Positions 12,524 to 24,720 of a DNA stretch of 64,000 bases are shown here, one piece after another. The translations under genes and the position numbers were made by a program. Every line of letters begins with the position of its first letter. The first letter of the stretch is position 1. The notes beneath the pieces are model-generated. The model was not told the origin of the DNA, did not search any database, and saw nothing but the letters and a program-made list of their open reading frames with translations. The stretch is from NCBI GenBank assembly GCA_026770705.1, contig JANJGN010000004.1, positions 128,092,001 to 128,156,000 of the forward strand. Direction: 5' to 3'. Source of the stretch: Isurus oxyrinchus (taxonomy: Eukaryota).

Positions 12524-13470
12524 ATGGCAGGAGAACTCAGACCCATGATATGCTCCTCCTGCAAGATGTGGGAAATGAGGGATGCTTCCAGTGTCCCTGG
12601 TGACCATGTTTGCAGAAGGTGTGTCCAAATGCACCTTCTTGCTAACCAGATTTCAGAGCTGGAACTGCGGGTGGACTCGGTGTAGAGCATCTGCAATGCT
12701 GAGCAAGTTGTGGATAGCACATTTAGCGAGATGGTCACACCGCAGGTGAAGATTACACAGGCAGAAAAGGAATGGGTGACCATCAGGAACAATAAAAGAC
12801 TCAGGAAGGTTGTGCAAGAGTCCTCTGTGGTCATCCCCCTCTCTAACAGATATACCGCTTTGGATACTGTTGTGGGTGTTGGCCTCTCAGGGGAAAGCAG
12901 TAACAGCCAAGTTCACAGCACCGTGGATGGTTCAGCTGCTCAGAGGGATGGGAGGAAAACAAGTGGCAGGGTTGTAGTGATAGGGGATTCAATAGTTAGG
13001 GGCACAGACAGACACTTCTGTGGCCGCAAAAGTGAATCAAGGATGGTATGTTGCCTCCCTAGTGCCAGGGTCTGGGATGTCACGGAGTGGCTGCAGGACA
13101 TTCTGGGGAGAGAAGGTAAACAGCCAGTGGTCGTGGTACACATTGGCACCAACGACATAGGTAAACTAAGGGATGAGGACCTGCAATCTCAGTACAGGAA
13201 GTTAGGCGATAAATTAAAATGCAAGACCTCAAATGTAGTAATCTCAGGATTACTCCCAGTTCCACGTGCTAGCGAGAGCAGGAATAAGAGGATAGACCAA
13301 ATGAACACATGACTGGAGAGATGGTGTAGCTGGGAGGGATTCAGATTCTTGGGACCGGTTCTGGGAAAGGTGGGACCTGTACAAACTGGATGGGCTGCAT
13401 TCAGGCAAAGCTGGGACCTGTGTCCTTGCGGGGGCTTTTGCTAGTTCTGTTAGGGAGTATTTAAACTAGT
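12524..13470 (+). pseudogene. CR1 ORF1: zinc finger/leucine zipper plus SGNH (GDSL-type) esterase
   Basis: MAGELRPMICSSCKMW...C..C, VVVIGDSIVRG, VVVHIGTNDIG, DGLH. Internal stop codons. Confidence 0.9.
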
Positions 13471-13609
13471 GTGGCAGGGGGATGAGATCCCAGGAGTAGG
13501 ATCAGATAGGTCTGATTCAGATCAGAAAAATGGAGGTAGGCATTAGCTAGGGACATTATGATTGACATGGAATTACAGGAAAAGCAAAGTTTAGAAAATG
13601 TCCAGCAAG

Positions 13610-16340
13610 GGAAATTGAAGGGGTTAAACTGTTTATACTTCAATTCAAAGAGTATTGCAAATAAGGTAGATGAGTTAAGGGCACAGGTAGAAATATGGCA
13701 GCAGGATGTCTTTGCTACAATGTAGACCTGACTAAAGGAGGGACAAAACTGGCAGCTTAATATCCCTGGTTATAGAGTCTTCAGACACAATAGAGTAGGA
13801 GATAAAAAAAGGAGGGGGTGGGGTGGGGGGTACCACTAATGGTTAAAGAATCAATTCCAGTTGTGAGAAGGGATGATAAACTAAATGGGTCAACAAACGA
13901 GGCTTTATGGATTGAGCTTAGAAATAAAAAAGGGGCAGAGACACTACGAGGAGTATGCTACAGATCCCAAATAGTGAAAGGGAGATAGAAGAACAAATAT
14001 GTAGGCAAATTTCTGCTTGTAAGAACAAGAGGGCAATAATAGTAGGAGACTTCAACTATCATAATATCAACTGGGATTTAAACAACATTAGGGGCACTGA
14101 AGGATAAAATTCATGCAGTGTGTCCAGGAAAATCTTTTCAATTCAACCAATTAGTGACAAACCCAACGAGAGGAGATGCAATTCTTGACCTAGACTTGGG
14201 GAACGAAGAAGGGCAAATAGGTGAAGTGACAGTTGGCAACCACATCGGGGACAGTGATCACAATTCAGTTAGATTTAGCATTACCATGGAAAAGGACAGA
14301 GATAAGGCAGGACTAAAAGTCTTGAATTGGGGGAAGGCAAATTTTGCAGAAATGAGAAGGGATTTGGCTGAGGTGGACTGGACAGCACTGCTGGAGGATA
14401 AAACAGTGGAAAGCCAGAGGGAAGCACGAAAAAGTGAGATCCTAATTGTACAAAGTAGATATGCCCCTTACAAAAATAAGAGTGGTACTGCCAAATCTAG
14501 ACCCCTGTGGTTGTCTAGAGGAATACAGGGGAAGATCAAACAGAAAAACAAAGCATACGATAGGCACAAAGAACTAAGCACTGCAGATAGCCTAGACAAA
14601 CATAGGAAGTGCAGGGATGAAGTAAAAAACGAAATAAGGAAATCAAAGAGAGGGCATGAAAAAAAGTGGCAAGTAAAATTAAAGTTTAACCCAAAGATGT
14701 TTTACCAATACATTAATGCTAAAAGGTTAGTTAAGGAAAAAGTGGGACCTATCAGAGATGAAGATGGAAACTTGTGTGTAGATGCAGAGGCTGTGGGAAG
14801 GTTTTTCAATGAATATTTTGCCTCCGTGTTTACAAAGGAAAGGAAGGATATAGATATAGTAGTCCAGGAGGAACACTGCGAGATATTGGACAGGATAGTC
14901 AAAAAGAGGGAGGAAGTACTCGAAGGGTTGAAATCCTTGAAAGTTGATGTCACTAGGCCCAGATGGATTGTTTCTGAGGCTACTGATGGAAGTCAGATAG
15001 GAGATAGCAGATGCTCTGAGAACGATTTTCTAATCTTTACTAGATAAGGGGAGGTACCGGAGGACTGGAGAAATGCAAACATAGTTCCATTGTTTAAAAA
15101 GGGATCAAAGGAAATACAAAACAATTGTAGGCCAGTTACATCGGTGGTGAGCAAATTAGTAGAATTAATCCTGAGAGATAGGATTAACCGTCATGTGGAA
15201 AGGCATGGACTAGTCAGGGATGGTCAGCATGGATTTGTTAAAGGAAGGTCTTGCCTCACAAATTTGATTGAATTCTTTGAGGAAGTGACAAGAAGGGTTG
15301 ATGAAGGTAGTGCAGTGGATGTTGTGTACGTGGATTTTAGCAAGGCATTTGACAAGGTCCCACATGGCAGATTGGTCAGGAAAGTAAAAGCCCATGGGAT
15401 TCAGGGTAATGTGGCAAACTGGATAAAAGGCTGGCTTTGTAACAGGAAACAAAGGGTAATGGTTGATGGATGCCCTTGCGAATGGAAAGTTGTCTCACGT
15501 AATGTTCCACAGGGAATCCTTGCTGTTTGTTTTATATATTAATGATTTGGATGTGAATGTGCGGGGCACGATTGGGAAATTTGCAGATGACACAAAGATT
15601 GGCCGAGTGTAGAGGATAGCCATAATCTCCAAAATGATATAGATGGGTTGGTGAGTGGACGGTAAAGTGGCAGATGGATTTTAACGTAGAGAAGTGTGAG
15701 GTCATACATTTAGGGAGGTCAAACAGTTACAGGGATTACACAATAAATGGGAATATACTAAGAGGGATAGATGAAGTGAGAGATCTTGGCGTACAAGTAC
15801 ACAGGTCCCTGAAGGCAGCAGTTCAAGTAGACAAGATTGTAAAGAAGGCATATGGAATGCTCTCCTTCATTGGCAGAGGTATAGAATATAAGTAAGGATA
15901 TAATGTTGGAATTATATAAAACACTGGTGAGGCCAGAACTGGAGTATTGTCTGCAGTTCTGGTCATCACATTACAGGAAGAACATAATAGCTCTGGAGAG
16001 GAGGTTTACAAGAATGTTGCCAGGGTTAGAAAAGTGTAGCTAAGAGGAGAGATTGGATAGGTTGGGATTATTTTCCTTAGAACAAAGAAGGCTGAGAGGT
16101 AACTTGACTGAAGTGTACAAAATTATGAGGGAGTAGATAGAGTGGACAAGATAAAATTGTTTTCCTTGGTGGAGAATTCTAGAACCAGGGGACATAGATT
16201 CAAGATAAGTGGCAGAAGGTGTAGGGAAGACATGAGGAAGAACGCAGAGAGTAGTGGGTGTCTGGAAAATGCTACCCAAGTTGGTGGTAGAGGCAGAAAC
16301 TCTAAACTATTTTAAGAAGTACCTGGATCTGCACCTAAAG
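13610..16340 (+). pseudogene. CR1 ORF2: APE endonuclease plus reverse transcriptase, disrupted
   Basis: VGDFN, PTRGDAILDL, SDHNSV, QHGFVKGRSCLTNL, VYVDFSKAFDKVPH, KFADDTK. Many frameshifts. Confidence 0.95.
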
Positions 16341-16478
16341 TGCTGTATGCTGCAGGGCTATGGGCCGAGTGCAGGAAGGTGGGATTAGAAAGGGCACCTT
16401 GGTGTCCTTGGGCTGGCATGGACAAGATGGGCTGAATGGCCTCCTTCTGTGCTGTAACCTTTCTATGGTTTTATGGAT

Positions 16479-16873
16479 TGATGTGGGAAATAATGAGTTC
16501 ACATGATTACTATGAGTTATACATATGAAAGCACATTCACTGTATTTTCCCATAACCCTGAGTTTAGACACCAGGCTAGATGGTGTTTTGCTGGAGATGA
16601 AGTCCATATAGTCGATAAGCTCAAGCTATTTTCTGTTTTTGCTTGCTTGTCTGTGAGCGTGTGATAGGACATGTTTACCAGGGACAGATGAAGGCCATAA
16701 GCAGACAAAATAAACTCGGGCATGTAGTCAGCTGAAGGTGTTTTGTGTATAAATGTGCACTACTGTAATTGTTTTGAGAGACTCTGGAGTTTGAATCTCT
16801 CCCCTGAATGCTTGTAATAAAATTTCCTACTTTCAGCTTACTTCAGACTCTTGAGTGGCTTTTATCCACTACA
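16479..16873 (+). mobile_element. Solo LTR
   Basis: TG...ccactaCA, TATA-like gtataaat and aataaa near the 3' end, non-coding. Confidence 0.55.
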
Positions 16874-17403
16874 ACTATGAAAGCTTTTTTCCTTTACCGC
16901 CCTTTCAAGCAGAGTTCTTGACTCCCACAACCTCTAGGTAAAAACATTTCTTCTCAACATCCTTCCAATGCTTCTACCAAACACTTTAAATCCCTGTTTT
17001 CTGTGAAGGGAAATAAGTTTAATAGGAAAGTGTTAACATCAGTGAACTAAATAAAGGTGCTCTGCTCCATTATAAACTATCTACAGCATTAGAAAGATAT
17101 GGGTCGACTACCAGTAATTTGCCAGATTATTATTGAAATTCCCCCCACAGAGGGACTTGCTGCATATGAAGGCCCTTTGTAGATAGAACTCACAATCTGG
17201 TGCAGTGCAGTCAACATTTGATATGAAAAGCTGCATAAAATTGCTAGCAGTGAAACTTTGCAAACTGCTTCTTCAGAGCGATACCCTGTGATAGGCAGTG
17301 TTAAACCCTGCTACTCTCTCCCGTGTATTCTGAAGTTCTAATAAGAATATTCTAGGTTATGCTTTGCCATTCAAATACAAAATCCCATACCTATTCTGTT
17401 ATC

Positions 17404-17484
17404 TCAGGAACCAATTTCACGTGGCGTCTTTCTCGATTCTAGTTTCCGCTGTCTGTGCTCCCTCCACACCCATTGTAATGCAAT
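17404..17484 (-). CDS. Candidate terminal coding exon of an unidentified host gene (IQ-like motif)
   Basis: Unique DNA retaining CpGs. Acceptor tttatattgattag, phase-0 reading IALQWVWREHRQRKLESRKTPREIGS*, and a donor TAG|gtatgg 13 nt after the stop. Confidence 0.45.
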   Translation of the reverse strand: MALQWVWREHRQRKLESRKTPREIGS

Positions 17485-18120
17485 CTAATCAATATAAACT
17501 AGATATGAGCATCAAAAAAAATGGGTGACAGTACTTTTCTACATTGGTCACTGGATAAAAAACATTTCGTATTGATTAATGTTGCAAGGGAGTCTCATTC
17601 AATTGTAAAACATCTGCTTTCAATAAACAATTGTAATTGTATTGTTTTATTTGGTTTTCAGTTACAGACCACAGAGTTTCAGGAAATAGCCAAGAGCATA
17701 TAACTCAACTGGAAAAGGAAGTTTGCAAAATGGTGAAATCCAAGATAATCACAATGTTAAGCAACAGAAAATCTTTAGGTTGGTTGAATGAAGAAATCAT
17801 CTTGATCTTACCAAGTTAATTATACAGAGGCAGGCCCAACTTCAACTGGCAGTCTGGAAATACAGAAATACACCCAAGGTACTGCAACCAAAGGAACAAA
17901 GCATAAACTCTGAGTCTTCCTCACCAGCTACCAAAGCTTTCTCTCTTGCCTCATTGATTGGGGAGGTTTACTGTTTTCTTCTCAAGGTCATCAAGACAGG
18001 GGATGACAATAAATCTGGGAATAATCCCCTTTTTAATCTCAATATGAGCACGAGGTTTCCCTAATTCCAACATTAATTCAGCGTGATGCTCCGTTTATTT
18101 TGCCGCAAATCTATTCTAAC

Positions 18121-18177
18121 CATAATGCTTTTCTGCTTCACCAGTGTTACATTTCCATCTTCCACATCAGCCATGGG
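18121..18177 (-). CDS. Candidate internal exon (phase 0-0)
   Basis: Acceptor aactttaaaacag, reading PMADVEDGNVTLVKQKSIM, donor ATG|gttaga (alternative in-phase donor CTG|gtgaag at 18142). Confidence 0.35.
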
Positions 18178-18629
18178 CTGTTTTAAAGTTAATTATATAC
18201 AATCCACAAGTATAGCTTATTGCCTGCACTGAAAACTGAAGTGGCTGTCTCCAAAATTAACTTTCTTCAAGGCATTATAGCTGCCAGAGGAAAAAAGTTT
18301 CAGCCAATCCAGGTTGAAACCATGGCCTGGATTACACCTTGGCATGCGCGCCAAGTCGGCGGGGTCAGAAGTGAATGTGAAATCCGCTCCCATTCATGGT
18401 CGCATTTCAAACACGATTTCATGCTGGCTGGCCAATTAAGGTCTGCCTAGCATGAAATGCGTCTTCTGAATGGTCAGAAAGTGCCAGGTGTGGGTGGGGC
18501 CCTGTCAGGTGCCAGGTCCAATGGCAACCTGATGAGCGCTTTAAAGCCGGCAAAATGCAGCTCTCTGAAGGCTGCCAGGGAAGAATCTTTAGAGTCGGTC
18601 CAGAGACTGGAACAATGATCCCAACGGTG

Positions 18630-20430
18630 GCAGGAAACATCAGGCAAGAGGTAGGTCGGGTGGGCACTCAGCCCCCCATTTCTCAGATGAGTGCCTCACG
18701 GTCCTTGTGGGTGAGGTCAGTGTCATACGGGACACTTTCGTGCCCAGGGGTGGTGGGAGGAGGACATCATGCCAGACCAAAAAAGCCTGGGAGGATGTGG
18801 CAGCCGAGGTCAGCAGCTACGATGTTGTATGGTGCATATGGGTGCAGTACCGCAAAATGTTCAATGATCTGCGGCGTTTAGCAAGGGTGCGTACCGTGTT
18901 GACATGGATCAGTATGGAGAAGTGTTAAGGGCTGGCTGTCCCCCACCCCGTGGAGCTCAGGGGTGTTAGAGTCTGAGTGCTAACTGTCAATGACACTGTA
19001 GATGGCCCTGGCTGCTTGGACTGAGTGCCTTGTGGCTCAAGGGCCTCAACTCGGATGTTCCTTGGGTCGGATTGGTAAGGCTGCAATGGTGCTGTAGGTA
19101 GAGAGTGGACTAATCAATGCTCCTCTGTCCTTTCAAGAGAAAAGAGGAGACATAACAACATAGAGAGGTCAAGGACAGGCAGAGTCCTCCCAAACCTAAT
19201 CTTCATGAGATATCAAATGGATGCATTGGAGTTGGAGAACCGTCACCCACCTTGGTCAGCCGAAGATCTTTGATGAAGGTAAGAGTGCAGTGCACAGAGG
19301 TGAGTGAGTGTCAGATTGTGCAAACGTTCTTGTGTAGTCTCATCATTCATGTGAGTCTCAAGCCTGAGTCCCCATTGATCATTGAAAGATGATGGCACCA
19401 TGAAGCAGATCTCTTTTGTCTCCCTTGGGTGCCTGGCATGTACAGTGACAGTGCGATGACTTAAACTAATGAGATGTCCTTGTTCTCCAAGATTCGCCAG
19501 CAAGCACTCGAACACAGGTAAAGAGCCACCCTTGACACTAGACAACCACGGGGCTTTAGATGCACCTGCGCCACACTCCCTCTCTGAACCAGGAACCAGC
19601 GCAGATACCAGCAGCTTGGTGGCCATTATATCGTCAGCTAGAATGTTGGTGCACAGCGGTGAGGGCACTTTACACTCACTTGGAGGTGCAGGAGGAAGCA
19701 GAGAGTGCCCAGGGTGCTGGCAGTAAGGGACTGCTGGAGACAAGGACCGTGCTGAATTGAAGGCAGAAGAAGAGCCTCTGGAGTTGTCCATTAGGTGACA
19801 GATGCTGGATGTCCAGTGGGATGTGCGGGAGGATCTGGCTGAAATCCATGAGGATATGCATGCCATGGTCTCTGTGGGAGAGTCCAGTTGGAGCATCAGC
19901 ACTGCGTTGACCCTCATGGCTGAGCTCACTCCTTCCTCCATTGAGAGAGTAGTAAAAGGGTATCCTGGGGTTGTGCTCGGACCTGCAAGCCCTCACACAG
20001 GATGGTGGTCAGTGCCAATGTGGGAGATAGATGAGGGACCTAGTATCCCAGCTAGCAGCCGGTCCATCAATGGTGTGCAAGGAGGTCCAGAGCAACCTCT
20101 CTTTAGTGCATGAGCTGCTTGTCATCTCTGCGGCCTCCTCTCACGGTGCTCTGGATGACAGCAACAGCTCCTCCGCCCCTCTGCCAGTGACTGTGGCATC
20201 TGATGAGTCTGCGATGACTGGGGAGATGCCAGCCGTGGTGCTAGCCGATCCCTCCCAGGTGGGGCTAGCACAGGCTCCACTGGCCAGAGGACGACTGCCA
20301 ATGTCATCAGGGCCAACAGGACAGTAGAGTCAGCAGGCTGCCTGCAATGCCGCTGCCAGCAAGGTGGGGGTGGGGGTGGTGCAGGGGGGCTGCGGGCTGG
20401 GTTGCAACAAGATCAAGCACTGGTAACTAA
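18630..20430 (+). pseudogene. Harbinger Myb/SANT-like gene (spliced, degenerate)
   Basis: IRDTFVP...TKKAWEDVAAEVSS...WVQYRKMFNDLRR, a trihelix/MSANTD-type motif, followed by donor AGG|gtgcgt. Confidence 0.8.
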
Positions 20431-20819
20431 ATTTAAGGCACCGTGAGCACAAGCAGGACTGCTCATGGACAATCTTCTGTTCTGCTATGTTTTGTAATAG
20501 GTTCACTGGTGTGGCCATTAACACCAGATATAGCTCTTGTTCAGTTGATGTGAGTGCCAACATGATATAAACTTTGCTTTTGTCTTAATGGCCTCTGTAC
20601 ACTTCATTTGTTTTGTAGGTGCAGCGCACACCAGTATATAATGCTGGGCGTGAGTGGCTCTAAACTTTATGACTGGACTTTGGGTTCAAAGGAAAGGCTC
20701 ATTTCAGACATCTGGGATAGAGGCAGCAGCCCTGGCATGAGGTGGAAGCAGATCTTTGGCAGCCTACTCAAAGGAGCGTTGGATCACGGCATCCTTGGTG
20801 TCCCTGCCTCCCTGAAGGA

Positions 20820-21760
20820 TCCAGAGGTCTGCCTCTAAGCCCTCAGCATTCTCTTCACCGTGGTCCTTTTCTGACTGACTACTGGATTCATCCTCTGTGG
20901 ACTATGGAGCTGCCCCAAGATCCACTCCCTCCAGTGGGTCCTCCCTTGCCAGTGCCAGATTGTGGAGAGTGGAGCATGCAACCACTATCAGTGACACCTG
21001 CTCTGGGGGTTACTGTAATGCTGCCCCAGAATGGTCCAGGCATCAGAAGCGCACCTTTAGAAAACCTATTGTCATCTCTATCACCGCCCTTGTGGAGGCA
21101 TGACCCCTATTATAACACCGCTCTACCTTTGTTCCTGGGAGGCAGAGAGGTGTCATAAGCCACCTTTTTAATGAATAGCCCTTGTCACCCAGTAGCCATC
21201 CATCCAGTTGAGCTGGAGCAGTGAATAGCCTTGGTAGCTGGGAGTGTCTGAGTATGTAAGTGTCATGGGAGCCATCAGGACACCTTGCACAGACTTGCAG
21301 AATCTGTGCTTTGTGGTCACAAACTAGCTGGACGTTCATGGAGTGGAATCCTTTCCTGTTGACAAAGGCATCCGGCTGACCCACTGGCGCTTTGATGGCC
21401 ACATGTGTCCAGTCAATTGCACCCTGGATGTGGGGGAACACAGCAATCGCTGTAAACTCTGGCTCGCTCAGCCTGGCTCGCCTCGTCCTAATGGAAATGA
21501 ATAAATGTCATTAACTGCCTGAACAGAGCTGTCACCAGCTTAATGCAACTGTGGACAAATGATCAGCACACTCCAGAAAGATCCCCCACTGACCCCTGGA
21601 AAAAACTGGAGGCATAGAAGCTGAGGGCCACCGTGACCTTCGGAACCACTGGCATGGGGTTTCCAGCACACGGTTATAGGTGATTTCAGGCCCAATCATC
21701 TGGCATATGGAGGTCGGTCTTCCTGAAGAGGTGGAGCCTCCTTCGGCATTGCACCTTGGA
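20820..21760 (-). pseudogene. Harbinger (HARBI1-like) DDE transposase, degenerate
   Basis: FPHIQGAIDWTHVAIKAP...FVNRKGFHSMNVQLVCD...GSHDTYIL...WLLGDKGYSL...YNRGHASTRAVIEMTIGFLKVRF. Confidence 0.92.
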
Positions 21761-22039
21761 TATGTTGAAGTAGCTGCATTGACCTGAAGTTTGATCACGT
21801 GCGGGATGATGTTGGGACACTCATCTCACGCTACTTCATGTCCATTTGGGTCGGGTGCGCACCCACCCGCAAGGCGTAAAGTTCTGCCCCATGGTTTGAT
21901 CTATTTGCAGTTGACTGTATTTAGAGCCCTTGGGAAAAGACCAGCCTTATGGAACAGATTTTGCTGGCCTTAAGTCATTGACAAGCAAACAAATGCAATT
22001 ATCATTTATTGATCCTTTAGGCCCAACTTTAGTTTCTTT

Positions 22040-22340
22040 ATTTTCCCCTTTATTAGTCTCCTCTTTTGCCTTACACAATCATCTCTCTTGCCTTTCACCT
22101 TATCACAGACCTTCCATGTTGTTCTTCCCCTCCTTTCCCTCTGTATTTGCTTAAAATCAGCTAAGTCTTTAACATTTTCCAACTTTGATTAAAAATCATT
22201 GACCTCAAATATCAAGTGGAAAGAGAAAATGCTGGGCCAGTTCTCATGAAAGGTGATGGACTTGAAACATTAGCCATGTTTCTCTCTGTACAGATGCTGA
22301 ATGACTTGCTGGGTATATTTCCAGCATTTTCTGTTTTATT
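22040..22340 (+). repeat. Penelope-type terminal repeat, partly tandem, with two decayed hammerhead-like units
   Basis: ccaactttgattaaaaatcattgacctcaaatatc and ccagttctcatgaaaggtgatggacttgaaacattag, followed by cagatgctgaatgacttgctgggtatatttccagcatttt. Confidence 0.5.
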
Positions 22341-23069
22341 AGTGAAAATTCCAGTACTATTAGCAAGCTGAACAACAGAAGGAAAAGATTTCCTGAAATT
22401 AGACACATTAACTGATAAAATAGATTCTGCACAAAATGGTTCAAAAACTGTAAAGTCAGGAAATTATGCTGATTTGCAAAAAATCTCTCTTTCATGTTGT
22501 TCTCTCTGCCTTCTACAACTATCAAAGTAGCCATCTATTATTTTCTTCTCTTTTTCAAAAAATTGATGGCCTCTAAATATATTTTTCTTCATTAAAACCA
22601 GGTCATAGGCACTGTCAATTGACAAGATATTTGCTATGTCAAACTGGGGCAAACACCACAAGAGGCATTCAGTGGCCAGGCCACTAGCCTGTCTTACAAG
22701 CTAAAATGGTTGCCTTGACAACCAATATGGCAGGCAGCCCACAGCGACTGCTATATTGGATTGGGCTCCTCTGTAGGCATCTATGGAACACACTTGAAGT
22801 ATTTTAAATGAAAGGTTCTACGCTTGTCTTGCCACATGTAAAACACATTCAGCAGCTTGTGGCATTCAGGTATCAAGGAACCTTTAGCAGTACTTTCTAA
22901 AAGACTCATCCACTTCATGCTGTTTAGTTGATGGTTTGAATTTTTAGACTACTGGCGAATTTCTGGATATTTTCTCACTTGTAAAGCTGATTTGACTTCT
23001 GGTAAAAGTTTTTGCCGGTACTGGTTTCAAAACATTTTTGCTGCAGTCATGAGTGGTCTGATAGGGCTT

Positions 23070-23570
23070 CCTGGGTTTGGAAGAGGAGGAGGAAGAAAGG
23101 AAAACAGAAGAAAGCAGGAGCAGTTTGCAGGTGAGCAAGGACCACGATTCTTCAGGAAGCACTTCTAACTTCTCAGAAGAGCAATGCATCAGGTTCCTTT
23201 GCTTCACAAAAATGGCTGTCACTGAGCTATGTCACCTTCTGCAGCCATATCCTGAGTCTACAACAGGTGACAGCAGCAACATCTCAATTTGCAGTCCACT
23301 GTTGTAGTAGGGAAGTCACCAAGGCTCTCTCCAGCAGGAGAAACACCTATATTGCATTTCCCATGGATAGAGCAAAGCAGGGTAAGAGATGACTAGGCTT
23401 TGCCATCCCCAGGCTCCAAGGTGCCATAAATTTCAATTGTTTTGTCTTGCATTCTCCACAATACCAGCTTGACATCTTTTACGAAAGAAAGGGGTTCCAA
23501 TCTCTCAACATTCAGTTTATTTGTGACCACAGGCAGCGTAATGTGCAAATCTCTGCCCTGCTTCTTCTAA
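23070..23570 (+). pseudogene. Harbinger transposase N-terminal remnant
   Basis: NFSEEQCIRFLCFTKMAVTELCHLLQP and FYERKGFQSLNIQFICDHRQR. Confidence 0.75.
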
Positions 23571-23574
23571 GCAG

Positions 23575-24720
23575 AAGTCCACACCTTCCACGTGTCTTGA
23601 CAGGTTTGGGTGTTCTAGTGAGTGCAACAACAACTGGGGTTGTGCTTAGGACCTGTAAACTTTGTTGACCTATGAAGGTCACTCTGTACATACGTCCATA
23701 CTTGAGTAGCTCTTCAATGTTATACATTTTGGGCTTGTCTAGCAGATCTTTCTGGAATGCTTCCACGGGAGTGGATGTGATCAACAACTCAACAATTCTG
23801 TCTGCTAGCTCTACATTTGAAAAATCACCTTTTCTCTGCGTTTGCTGACAAAGTGGCCTATGGATTCTATAGGCTGTTGTCGAAATGACATGAACTCTAG
23901 TTGATGAATTTGGAAGTTTACCCTGATTCTGAACTGGCCTTCCAATGTAATCCATATCTTTTGGGAATCCTTTAGCTCTTCTTCTGGTAATCCTGAAGTG
24001 TTCAGTCTGTGTAGACCTTCAATCCGAATTGCTAAGCAAATTTTTATGGCTTCCTTGTCTGGTTCAGACTCAACTGAATCAAGAAATCATAGCTCTGTAC
24101 GTTGTTTAAACATTTTGAATTTGGATAATAGGTCAGCTGCATTCCATTTTAAACTGGGAAATTTTGTGGATATTCTGACAATATCCCTTTGACTTTCCTT
24201 CTTCTGTAGTACCTGGGATGAGTGTCACTGTAGCTGTTATTGCTTGCTTTTCTAAAGTTCCACCCATGAAGATGAGTTGTGGTGGGAATGCACCATGGGG
24301 TAATGGCATAATTGATTTTCATCCAATTTATTCTTCAACAATTCCCAAAGCCGCTCATTATAATTGCAACCTTCTCTGGCCCGATTTTTATGACCTTTTT
24401 TTGTTTGACTCTCCTTTGCTTGCTACAGATCCAGCCCACACCCTGGCCACTCACTTTTCCAAATTGAGCTAGCCTGGCACTGTCCCACTCACGGAACTCA
24501 CAGGTTATGTGCTGCAATCCCACGATGAGTAATCCGTCTGTGTACCAGTTCTTTACTTGAGCAGTTTAACACTTGCTCACTGGTGCAGGTCAGGTTCCAT
24601 TTTTGGAGCCAGCAGCAGGACTTCTTAGCTGATGAGAAAACTCCAACTGAAGTGTCTGTTCCGGCAATCAGATCTGACCAAATTAACATACTGTGAGATG
24701 CTTCGAGATACTTCTTACTG
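23575..24720 (-). mobile_element. Gypsy gag remnants (probably two adjacent fragments)
   Basis: FPSLKWNAADLLSKFKMFKQR...; KGDFSNVELADRIVELLITSTP..FQKDLL; degenerate gag-like sequence at 24400-24700. Confidence 0.6.

Larger units (their letters stand above)
12305..16473 (+). mobile_element. Near full-length CR1 LINE (degenerate), inserted into an older minus-strand CR1 tail (12143-12304, 16874-17010)
   Basis: 5' UTR, ORF1, ORF2 and the typical tail gggctgaatggcctccttctgtgctgtaacctttctatggttttatg. Confidence 0.95.
18324..21889. mobile_element. Harbinger DNA transposon, both ends present, two convergent degenerate genes
   Basis: Imperfect TIRs ggcctggattacac / gtaaagttctgccc and a 3-bp TSD CAT on both sides (18321-18323, 21890-21892). 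Confidence 0.9.

Noticed and set aside
12710-13312. 200-aa GDSL/SGNH esterase-like ORF as a host or horizontally acquired lipase gene
   Set aside because: It is the known esterase-type ORF1 of CR1 LINEs, directly upstream of an APE-RT ORF2 and repeated at 6235 and ~48800.
19243-19941. 232-aa minus-strand ORF
   Set aside because: Antisense shadow of the GC-rich Harbinger Myb-like exon 3, with no motif of its own.
21043-21441. Host HARBI1 gene
   Set aside because: Disrupted, bounded by TIRs and a TSD and paired with a Myb-like ORF, so it is a transposon copy rather than the domesticated gene.
22464-22661. Possible exon FFEKEKKIIDGYFDSCRRQREQ
   Set aside because: The acceptor lacks a pyrimidine tract, there is no suitable donor, and the phase does not fit the exon chain.
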